DNA of 64,000 nt from an uncultured Nitrososphaerota archaeon (GTDB lineage: Archaea; Thermoproteota; Methanomethylicia; Nezhaarchaeales; WYZ-LMO8): positions 844-64,843 of the forward strand of contig CAZLVJ010000002.1 in the NCBI GenBank assembly GCA_964562935.1. The letters run 5' to 3'. The position numbers and the translations under genes were made by a program. This document shows positions 30,897 through 38,478 of the stretch, in pieces. Position 1 is the first letter of the stretch; every line of letters starts with the position of its first letter. Under the pieces are notes generated by a model. It was not told the origin of the DNA, made no database searches, and was given only the letters and a program-made list of their open reading frames with translations.

Positions 30897-30968
30897 TCAC
30901 CATTCCTCTTCCCATTCCTCCTCTTCCCATTCCTCCTCCTCTTCCCATTCCTCCCATTCTTCCTCCAT
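30897..30968 (-). CDS. Candidate micro-ORF encoding a Glu/Trp repeat peptide MEEEWEEWEEEEEWEEEEWEEEW (23 aa)
   Basis: Own reverse-complement translation: ATG and TGA exactly bracket a GAA/GAG-TGG tandem repeat; TATA-like ctttaaataaag 38 nt upstream. Confidence 0.2.
   Translation of the reverse strand: MEEEWEEWEEEEEWEEEEWEEEW
30901..30960. repeat. Short tandem repeat (cattcctc / ttccca units)
   Basis: Visible periodic repeat of ttcc-ca/tcctc units over about 65 nt. Confidence 0.7.
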
Positions 30969-31005
30969 TTTCGCGCCCCCAGAGCGCTTTCTGAGGAGAT
31001 TATGG

Positions 31006-31017
31006 CTTTATTTAAAG
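31006..31017. promoter_or_regulatory. Palindromic TATA-like element ctttatttaaag between divergent micro-ORF and THUMP gene
   Basis: AT-rich palindrome 38 nt upstream of the micro-ORF ATG and 63 nt upstream of the 31080 start. Confidence 0.3.
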
Positions 31018-31079
31018 TTACCGATCCAAATTCTTGGGGAAGCTTTTAAAGGTCCTCTTTCTCTAAATCACACACGAAG

Positions 31080-31610
31080 GTGTCGTCGGTGGAGTTTAAC
31101 TTATTGGTATCGACGTATCGAAACAGAGAGGACGACTGCATCAGCGAGTTGTGGTATCTCTTTCGAGAGTTAGGTGACGACCAACTGGAGGTGCGTAGAG
31201 CCCTCGTCCCCGGCCTATTATTGGTGAAGACTAGGCTGAATCCCTATGAGGCCTCTAAGAAGATAGGAGAGATAGCTAGGGAGAGGCCGTGGGACGTTAG
31301 GTATACGCTTAAGCTCACTCCAATAGACGCTGTTACGAGCGATGAAGTTGAAGAGATAAAAAGGGTTGCCGTATCGCTTGCCAACGAGAAGATAGGCGAG
31401 GGCGAGACGTATCGGATAACTGTGAATAAGAGAGCCTCCAACATAAGTAGCCGGAGGCTTATAGAAGAGATAGCTAAAGAGGTCAATAGAAAGGTCAGTT
31501 TGAAGAACCCTGATAAGATTTTGCAGATAGAAATTATTGGCAAAGATGTAGGAGTATCCATATTGAGGCCGGAGGACGTGGTCTCCATAGTGAAGATAAC
31601 TACTTCCTAG
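31080..31610 (+). CDS. THUMP-domain RNA-binding protein (COG1818-like)
   Basis: 176 aa; NLLVSTYRNRED...ELGD N-terminal ferredoxin-like fold followed by THUMP-like core. Confidence 0.5.
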   Translation: MSSVEFNLLVSTYRNREDDCISELWYLFRELGDDQLEVRRALVPGLLLVKTRLNPYEASKKIGEIARERPWDVRYTLKLTPIDAVTSDEVEEIKRVAVSLANEKIGEGETYRITVNKRASNISSRRLIEEIAKEVNRKVSLKNPDKILQIEIIGKDVGVSILRPEDVVSIVKITTS

Positions 31611-32490
31611 TGTTCAATAGGGACATCCTTGTCAAAACGCCCTTCAGCTCAGGGCTCAAGGCCGAGGACTTATAGGTGGTCGCGCGTAGCTCTTCGTCGC
31701 TTATACGAAGGATTCTAAGCAATGATGTTGCTTCACACGGTCGAGAAAGGTCAAGATGTTCCACTTTCTCTACGGGAAGAGGGGACAGAGCCTGGAGCCT
31801 CTCTTGAGAGGTCTCTCTACTTGGTGACATGACGTAAAGGTAGAACTCTCTAGCTCTATCGCCAATTCCCGCGACTTCTAATGCGCGAGCTATTTGATCC
31901 TCGCAAACGAGGCGCAATAGGAACTCTATGTTGAACTTGTTGCTTATGTTCTTCCCCATAACGAAGGCCTTGATCGTATGATAGAAGACGAAAAGCACGT
32001 GGAGCAGGGATAGAGCTAGCCCAGGTCGCGACGTCGCCCACACGACGTCGGTACCCTTAAAAATGTCCTCAAGTAGTTGAATAATTTCTTGTGATGGCAA
32101 TTCCTTTCTCAGCTTTATGTGCAATACCCTTAAATCCACTTCATCTTTTCCATCCGTCAGAAGGTCTAGCAACTTTTTCGCCCTGTCTATTGCGGCCGAG
32201 GTTGTTAGTCCCCCGTGGACTGAGGGTATTAGCGTTATCTCGTTTATGTTGTCCGCCGAAGAGCCTAAACCGCCTATTAGATTTACGTCAACGCCGTCAA
32301 CTAAGATTATTATATCGCTTCGAATCCTCTCTCCATTGGGGTCGAAGACCCTTTTGAAGAGGGCTTCGTTGTCTTTGCACGCCAAATAGATTACGTCTCT
32401 TATGCTTAGCCCTTGCCGAACCTCAACCTCGACAAAGTTCGTCCCCGCTAGACTTCTAAGAACAGCTAAAAAGCTTACTTTAACTTTCAC
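31600..32490 (-). CDS. MoaD/ThiS-like beta-grasp domain (ending in internal GG) fused to an uncharacterised ~200-aa helical domain
   Basis: 296 aa; N-terminal 94 aa MKVKVSFLAVLRSLAGTNFVEVEV...ILVDGVDVNLIGGL...DNINEITLIPSVHGG matches the MoaD/ThiS/SAMP consensus, including a Gly-Gly end. Confidence 0.5.
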   Translation of the reverse strand: MKVKVSFLAVLRSLAGTNFVEVEVRQGLSIRDVIYLACKDNEALFKRVFDPNGERIRSDIIILVDGVDVNLIGGLGSSADNINEITLIPSVHGGLTTSAAIDRAKKLLDLLTDGKDEVDLRVLHIKLRKELPSQEIIQLLEDIFKGTDVVWATSRPGLALSLLHVLFVFYHTIKAFVMGKNISNKFNIEFLLRLVCEDQIARALEVAGIGDRAREFYLYVMSPSRETSQERLQALSPLPVEKVEHLDLSRPCEATSLLRILRISDEELRATTYKSSALSPELKGVLTRMSLLNTRK

Positions 32491-32628
32491 GTCAATGAGC
32501 CCCCTAATTGAGGTCAGTTGAGGTACATTTCTTCATTCTTCAGAGCAGGTCAGCCTCGTCATCCCTCACCTCTTAAGAGGGACGGTAAATGTATTTAAAG
32601 GTTAAAGTAAGGCTATGCGTAGGAGGTT

Positions 32629-33816
32629 ATGATAACGCTCACCAACAACCCTGTGCAGTTGAAGAGGGAGTTGCTTAAGGTAGTCCAAAAGGAATTAAAA
32701 GATGAGGAGCTTAAGGTGGCGAAGAGCGATTGGCACTCTAGGCGAAAGCCAATAGGCTGTGGCTTGACGATACATCCAGGCATTGGTTGTCCCATGCAAT
32801 GTAGCTACTGCTATATTTACGACATGGGCTTTAGCGGACGCGCTACTCCTTACTCGCTTAGCGGACTTCAGCTCGTAGCCGCCCTCCTCTTCAACAAGTA
32901 CTTTTACCCAACGAGGTGGGGTACCTACCTCGCCTTCGGTAGCGTAACGGAGCCCTTTCTCCCAAACATATTGCCGAAGACCCTTGAGTACTTGAAGGCC
33001 ATAGTTGAGTACTTGGGAAATCCTTGTCAAGTCTCAACTAAGATGGTCATAAACGATGAAAACGTCGACGAACTTGCAAGAGTCGGCGGCTCTAAGCTCT
33101 CGATCTTAGTTACAGTGACGAGCCTGAGCCAGTACGTGTACTTAGAAAGGAGGGCTCCTCATCCCCTAAAGAGATTAGAGCTCGTGAGCAAGCTCAGAAG
33201 AAAAGGGTTCAAGCCATTCATTTTCATAAGACCCCTGCTACCGGGCTTAAGAGCTGAAGAAGTAGACGAGATCGTAGAGCAAGCGAAAGCTTCAGGGGCT
33301 TATGGCATCGTCGTCGGCAATTTAAGGTTGTCACCAAATATAGTGAAGAGATTAATAAGTGAGGGTATTGATGTCACCAAGTACTTAAGGGTTGATCTTG
33401 GCAAACTAAAGAGTGGGTTTGTCGATGTGAGAGTTGACGGCGATACGCAAACCCTAATCAGAGAGAGGGCTTTGAGCAAGGGACTCATATTCTTAAGAAG
33501 GGCGTGTTGCGCCAACACTGTTTCGCAGTTACTTAGCGGATACAATGACGTCGCGTGCCCTTCTCTATGCTTCTTAAATGAAAAGGTTTGCGAAAAGTCC
33601 TGTCCTTCTCAATGTAAGGTAAAGGCTGGGGGCGAGCCTAAGCAATTCAACTTCCACGAAGTAATAAGAGAAGTCCTAGGATTTGACGAATATGAGGTGG
33701 AGGTGGAGGGCCACACGATGTACATCAAGCTAAAGAAGCCTTTAAGGGATGAGAAGTCAGCGAGTTTTGCATTGTCATACTTATTCCGCAGAAGAATTCG
33801 CTTTATATATGAATAA
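32629..33816 (+). CDS. Radical SAM protein, SplB/DNA-photolyase-like (COG1533-like) with extra C-terminal Cys cluster
   Basis: 395 aa; GIGCPMQCSYCYIY CxxxCxxC motif; C-terminal CCANT...CPSLC...CEKSCPSQC. Confidence 0.5.
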   Translation: MITLTNNPVQLKRELLKVVQKELKDEELKVAKSDWHSRRKPIGCGLTIHPGIGCPMQCSYCYIYDMGFSGRATPYSLSGLQLVAALLFNKYFYPTRWGTYLAFGSVTEPFLPNILPKTLEYLKAIVEYLGNPCQVSTKMVINDENVDELARVGGSKLSILVTVTSLSQYVYLERRAPHPLKRLELVSKLRRKGFKPFIFIRPLLPGLRAEEVDEIVEQAKASGAYGIVVGNLRLSPNIVKRLISEGIDVTKYLRVDLGKLKSGFVDVRVDGDTQTLIRERALSKGLIFLRRACCANTVSQLLSGYNDVACPSLCFLNEKVCEKSCPSQCKVKAGGEPKQFNFHEVIREVLGFDEYEVEVEGHTMYIKLKKPLRDEKSASFALSYLFRRRIRFIYE

Positions 33817-33822
33817 TGTTTT

Positions 33823-34041
33823 TTAAGTCTTAGCTTGTGCAACTGCTTCAGGGGCTTTGTACCGCTTAGCGAGTCTAGTCAAATATCCGCTCACCCTGTT
33901 TAGCAAGTGCTTGGCCCTGATCGTGGACACTTCCAAAACCAGCTTTTTGTTCTGTGCGTAATCTAGGCTCACCTTGTCGTAGTATTGTTGGAATATTTGA
34001 TAAGCTAACCTCTTAACGGATGCAGGCCTAACCTTGCCCAT
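33823..34041 (-). CDS. rps17e: 30S ribosomal protein S17e
   Basis: 72 aa; MGKVRPASVKRLAYQIF... typical S17e. Confidence 0.85.
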   Translation of the reverse strand: MGKVRPASVKRLAYQIFQQYYDKVSLDYAQNKKLVLEVSTIRAKHLLNRVSGYLTRLAKRYKAPEAVAQAKT

Positions 34042-34175
34042 GTCTTTTCAGCCTGCCTTCTTCTGCTTTAAAGCGTATTTATTTTTAAATTTTCTCAATC
34101 GAAAGCTTCCACTAGAAGGTGCTAGTAGCTTAAAACCTCAGGTTGAGGTAGTAGTATTTAGGTGGTGGGCGGAGT

Positions 34176-34412
34176 ATGGCGGAGTTGCCTCTGGCTCCCA
34201 TAGACAGGATAATTAGGAGGGCTGGCGCTGAGCGCGTCGGAGACGATGCCGTCAAAGCTTTGTGCAAAATCCTTGAAGATGTCGCCCTCGACATCGCGCG
34301 AGAAGCTGTAGAACTGGCCCGCCATGCGGGGAGGAAAACCGTCACGGCTGAGGACATAAATTTAGCGGTAAAGCACGTGCTCCGCTGGCTCAGCGCAAGC
34401 TTGTACAAGTGA
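34176..34412 (+). CDS. Archaeal histone (HMf-like histone fold)
   Basis: 78 aa; [27 protein letters not shown]...[17 protein letters not shown], near-canonical archaeal histone. Confidence 0.8.
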   Translation: MAELPLAPIDRIIRRAGAERVGDDAVKALCKILEDVALDIAREAVELARHAGRKTVTAEDINLAVKHVLRWLSASLYK

Positions 34413-34511
34413 GGCATAAAACAAAGCTCCGCTCTTCATTAGAAAAGATTATATAGAAGCCCCTTCTCATAACTGTCCGAAGAAGATAGGCTAAGGTTAG
34501 GTGATGGTACT

Positions 34512-36167
34512 ATGGCCGCTGTTAGTGGCATTCCCGTCTTAATATTGAAGGAGGGCGCTACAAGGACTTATGGCAGAGAAGCTCAGAGGGCCAACATAGC
34601 TGCTGCGAAGGCCATAGCCGAGACGCTCAAGACTACCTTGGGGCCACGGGGCATGGACAAAATGCTTGTTGACAGCTTAGGAGACGTCACGATAACGAAC
34701 GACGGCGCGACCATACTCGATGAGATGGACGTCCAGCACCCCGCAGCTAAAATGCTCGTGGAGATAGCTAAAGCTCAAGACGAAGAGGTTGGTGATGGAA
34801 CAACCACGGTCGTGGTCTTGGCAGGCGAGTTATTGAAGAGAGCGGAAGAACTCATGGCTAAGAACATTCACCCGACAGTCATAATAGACGGCTACGGCAA
34901 AGCGCTTGAGTTCTGCCAGAAAGAGCTCGAGAAGCTAAGCTTGCCCGTCAGTCTCCAAGACGAAGAGCTTTTGAAGTTGATAGCCAAGACCTCGATGCAC
35001 GCTAAGGTGGTGAGCGCCGCGAGGGACTACTTAGCAGAGCTGGCCGTCAAAGCTGTTAAGCAAATAGTCGAAGAAAGAAACGGTAAGCTAGTGGCCGACG
35101 TCGACCAAGTACAGTTGATCAAGAAGCAAGGTGGTAGCGTCATGGACACTAAGCTGATCCAAGGAATCATAGTGGACAAGGAGGTCGTTCACACAGGCAT
35201 GCCCAAGCGCATAGAGAACGCGAAAATCGCGCTTCTCGACTGCCCATTGGAAGTAGAGAAAACCGAGATCGACGCGGAAATAAGGATAAGCGACCCTGCT
35301 CAAATGAAGGCCTTCATAGAGGAAGAGGAGAAAATATTAAGAGGGATGGTGGAGAAGATCAAGAACATAGGCGCGAACGTCGTATTCTGCCAGAAGGGTA
35401 TAGACGATGTAGCTCAGCACTACTTGGCTAAGGCTGGGATCCTAGCAGCTCGAAGGGTGAAGAAGTCGGACATGGAGAAGTTAGCTCGAGCCACCGGCGC
35501 TAGGATTGTAACCAACATCGAGGACCTGACGCCCAACGACCTAGGATACGCTGAGCTCGTCGAGGAGAGGAAGATTGCTGACGAGAAGCTGATATTCGTT
35601 GAAAACTGCAAGAACCCGAGGTCCGTGGCCATACTGATAAGGGGAGGGCTGGAGAAGTTCGTAGACGAGGCCGAGAGGGCGCTAAAGGACGCTCTGAGCT
35701 CTGTCGCTAGGGCAATCGAGTGGGGACGCTATGTACCTGGCGGTGGAGCCATCGAAATAGAGCTGGCCAAGAGGTTACGTGAATATGCAGCTAAAGTCGG
35801 AGGAAAGGAGCAGCTGGCAATAGAGGCCTTCGCTAACGCCCTAGAGGCGATACCGAGGACTCTGGCGGAGAATGGAGGGCACGATCCGATAGACGTGATG
35901 ATGGCCCTACGCGCAGAGCACGAGAAGGAGGGCAATTACTACGTGGGCGTAGACGTTTACACAGGGAAGCCCGTTGACATGCTCAAGATGGGCGTTGTAG
36001 AGCCCTTGGCTGTCAAGGCAACTGCCCTAAAGGCCGCTACAGAAGCAGCCGCCATGATATTGCGCATAGACGACGTGATAGCAGCTGCTAGAAGCGAGAC
36101 AGCGAAGGAAAAAGCAGGAACAGGGACTAAAGAGAAGGAGGAAGGCGAAGAGAAAGAGAAAGACTAA
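34512..36167 (+). CDS. ths: Thermosome subunit (group II chaperonin)
   Basis: 551 aa; [34 protein letters not shown] motifs. Confidence 0.9.
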   Translation: MAAVSGIPVLILKEGATRTYGREAQRANIAAAKAIAETLKTTLGPRGMDKMLVDSLGDVTITNDGATILDEMDVQHPAAKMLVEIAKAQDEEVGDGTTTVVVLAGELLKRAEELMAKNIHPTVIIDGYGKALEFCQKELEKLSLPVSLQDEELLKLIAKTSMHAKVVSAARDYLAELAVKAVKQIVEERNGKLVADVDQVQLIKKQGGSVMDTKLIQGIIVDKEVVHTGMPKRIENAKIALLDCPLEVEKTEIDAEIRISDPAQMKAFIEEEEKILRGMVEKIKNIGANVVFCQKGIDDVAQHYLAKAGILAARRVKKSDMEKLARATGARIVTNIEDLTPNDLGYAELVEERKIADEKLIFVENCKNPRSVAILIRGGLEKFVDEAERALKDALSSVARAIEWGRYVPGGGAIEIELAKRLREYAAKVGGKEQLAIEAFANALEAIPRTLAENGGHDPIDVMMALRAEHEKEGNYYVGVDVYTGKPVDMLKMGVVEPLAVKATALKAATEAAAMILRIDDVIAAARSETAKEKAGTGTKEKEEGEEKEKD

Positions 36168-36195
36168 AACGTCACTAATCAATTTTTTATGAATA

Positions 36196-36828
36196 ATGAT
36201 GAAAGACGGCTCGAGAGTACTGATAACCGGGACTCCTTCTACGGGCAAAACAACGACAGCAAAAAGGTTAGCTGAAACTCTTAATTACCATTACACTGAC
36301 GTTGCAAAAGTGATAGTCGAAGAAAAGTTGTACAAAAGTCTAGATGAGGAGAGAGGTAGTTTTATCGTAGACATAAAGAGGGCCAGAGAGTTCTTCGCAA
36401 CGTACCTCACAGAACGGCAGGGTGTCGTCTTAGATAGCCATGTCGTTGAGATATTTCCGAGAAAGCTCATAGACAAGGTGCTGGTCTTAAGAGTACACCC
36501 CCTCATCATCCTGAAGAGAGGGGTCGAGAGGAGGTGGCCGCTGAGAAAATGTTTAGAAAATGCGCAAGCAGAGCTCTTGGGCATATGCCTTTCTGACGCC
36601 TTACGATACTACGGTAAGAAAAAAGTCTGGCAAGTCAATTGTACGTGTCGCTCAGCAGAAGACGTAGTCTCGGAAATTCTATGCATACTTCAAGGCAAAG
36701 GAGAGAGGAGAGACGTAGATTGGCTCGTAGAACTTGAGAAAGAAGGAAGACTTGACTTGTTATTGGAGATTGAAAAAGCTCGTGATCTGCCTAAAGATCT
36801 CTTCAAACTTTTGAACAACTGTGGATAA
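36196..36828 (+). CDS. Fap7/AK6-like nucleotide kinase
   Basis: 210 aa; VLITGTPSTGKTTTAKRLA P-loop, size/architecture of archaeal Fap7. Confidence 0.5.
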   Translation: MMKDGSRVLITGTPSTGKTTTAKRLAETLNYHYTDVAKVIVEEKLYKSLDEERGSFIVDIKRAREFFATYLTERQGVVLDSHVVEIFPRKLIDKVLVLRVHPLIILKRGVERRWPLRKCLENAQAELLGICLSDALRYYGKKKVWQVNCTCRSAEDVVSEILCILQGKGERRDVDWLVELEKEGRLDLLLEIEKARDLPKDLFKLLNNCG

Positions 36829-37005
36829 GAAATCTCCAGTAGCTTTGCCAGCATTAGTCAGCGTTGCATTAACCCCTCCTAAAAGCCCTACAACCATAGA
36901 CAAAATTATCGAGAGTAACACTACCGAAATACCTATGAGCATGCCCTCTTCCAAAAGCAATGACCCTCTAACGCTCTTTTTATCGTTCTCGGGCATACGT
37001 TTCAC
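36760..37005 (-). CDS. Flp/type-IV-pilin-like prepilin candidate
   Basis: 81 aa; charged leader MKRMPENDKKSVRG then SLLLEEGMLIGISVVLLSIILSMVVGLL hydrophobic helix; G|xxxxEEG resembles the Flp G|xxxxEYG motif; last gene of pilus-like operon. Confidence 0.35.
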   Translation of the reverse strand: MKRMPENDKKSVRGSLLLEEGMLIGISVVLLSIILSMVVGLLGGVNATLTNAGKATGDFLSTVVQKFEEIFRQITSFFNLQ

Positions 37006-37029
37006 GATTTCTTGTAAGACGAAGGGCTA

Positions 37030-37848
37030 TTAAACCCATCCATAGAGAGGTGGAAATATCAGAGCAGCAAAGATCGTAAAGCAGACGGCCAAGTTTTTGA
37101 GAGACGGGTGATGCAACTGAATTATGTAAGTGAAGAGCGTGAAAATCGTTATGGATAATAGAGCAAATGATGTGAAGACGTAAACACTGGCCGTGAGATT
37201 CGTGGACGTAAACTTCGCAAGTGTAAAGAAGGCCTTTATAATAAAGCCTAGAGCCATGGCCGAGGCAATCTGCAACACCCTGTACTTCAACTTCTCGACA
37301 GCGATGAGATCCCTTAACTTTTTAGCGTTAAGGCAGAGCGAAAAGCTCAGGTCATGCAATGATATCATGAGACTTCTCAAAGAAATTTCATCGATGAAGT
37401 CAAGCTTTTCTAATAATGAGAGGGCGAGCCTCGTTAAGGGCGATGAAGGCCTTGTCCCTCCTGAAGCACGTGCACTCTTGACTTTCAATATTTTCTTGCA
37501 AAGCATAACTTTTACCATTTCCCTCGCTTTGAGTAAAGCCTCTGACCTCTTGTAGGACATTTTATAGGCTTCTTCCAATAAAGAAGGCAAATTCCTCCGA
37601 TTGCTTAAGGACTCAATAAATCTGATGATAAGTAAATGAAGGGCTTCATAATCGGTAAAGCGGTTGTTCAGTTCCGTGACTACTTCGATACAGCTTTTCA
37701 TAACTATGTAAACGGAGAGAGCTATTGCAAGGGAACAAGAGGAGGAGAGGAAGTAGTTTGATGTTATTGAGGAGGAGAAGAGGAAGTAGTTTAAAGCGAA
37801 TATCAGAGACGAGAGGACGGCTTTCTTGATCAAAGTCACGTCGATCAC
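37030..37848 (-). CDS. TadC/FlaJ-like (T2SSF-fold) polytopic membrane platform protein
   Basis: 272 aa; N-terminal TM helices, ~150-aa charged helical cytoplasmic domain, C-terminal TM pair; operonic with secretion ATPase. Confidence 0.4.
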   Translation of the reverse strand: MIDVTLIKKAVLSSLIFALNYFLFSSSITSNYFLSSSCSLAIALSVYIVMKSCIEVVTELNNRFTDYEALHLLIIRFIESLSNRRNLPSLLEEAYKMSYKRSEALLKAREMVKVMLCKKILKVKSARASGGTRPSSPLTRLALSLLEKLDFIDEISLRSLMISLHDLSFSLCLNAKKLRDLIAVEKLKYRVLQIASAMALGFIIKAFFTLAKFTSTNLTASVYVFTSFALLSITIFTLFTYIIQLHHPSLKNLAVCFTIFAALIFPPLYGWV

Positions 37849-38478
37849 CTAAACTAAAATATTTGCATACCGCTTCAAGACTATGATTACTAGTTGCAAG
37901 ACAATACCATAAAACAGTGATGCCACTAATGGTAGCAAGCTAAGCGCTTCTCTTTGGTGGAATAGGGCTAAGAGAGTTACGAGCACGGGAGCTATGGTTA
38001 TGCCAGTCAGCACCAATGTGATGATATTTCTAACGTTAGTTGTGAACAACCTACTCCGCAAGTCTCTTACAACTCCTTGAAATAAAAGAGCGTTGATCCT
38101 CTCTCTATCTTGGGAGAGAGGGTCAGAAAAAATTATGCTGAAGAAGGGAGGGTTAAGCTCTGAGGTCTCTATGTTTCGTCCCAAAGAGAGTTTTTGGGCG
38201 AGCAATTTTATTTGCGGAGTTAATACATCACACGAGTCGTTTAACCTTGTTAAAGCTATAAATGCCGACGGGCTATTGCGATATATGTGATGCATTATTG
38301 ATGCCATTTTCACTAACAAAGGATTTGGTCCAACCACAAAACCCTGCCTCTTGAATTCTTTTATCTGATAACTGAAAATCGCGCTGAAAGTCGCTATCAA
38401 AATTGATGATAAAAGAACCATGTGAGGCTCAGATAGCATACACACCCTCTTTTGTGAGTTTTTTAAGAAAGTCATCAA
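37849..38478 (-). CDS. TadB/FlaJ-like membrane platform protein (true start probably an internal Met near 38421-38439)
   Basis: 209 aa; TM - cytoplasmic domain - TM-TM topology; ORF-track start overlaps ATPase by 50 nt. Confidence 0.4.
   Translation of the reverse strand: MMTFLKNSQKRVCMLSEPHMVLLSSILIATFSAIFSYQIKEFKRQGFVVGPNPLLVKMASIMHHIYRNSPSAFIALTRLNDSCDVLTPQIKLLAQKLSLGRNIETSELNPPFFSIIFSDPLSQDRERINALLFQGVVRDLRSRLFTTNVRNIITLVLTGITIAPVLVTLLALFHQREALSLLPLVASLFYGIVLQLVIIVLKRYANILV

Noticed and set aside
30901-30960. Possible CRISPR array
   Set aside because: The repeat units are only 6-15 nt, there are no spacers, and there are no cas genes. It is a simple tandem repeat and is treated as the micro-ORF above.
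36821-37033. 70-aa plus-strand ORF overlapping the pilin candidate
   Set aside because: It is Pro/Ser-rich with no hydrophobic core. The opposite-strand ORF fits operon orientation and has prepilin-like features.
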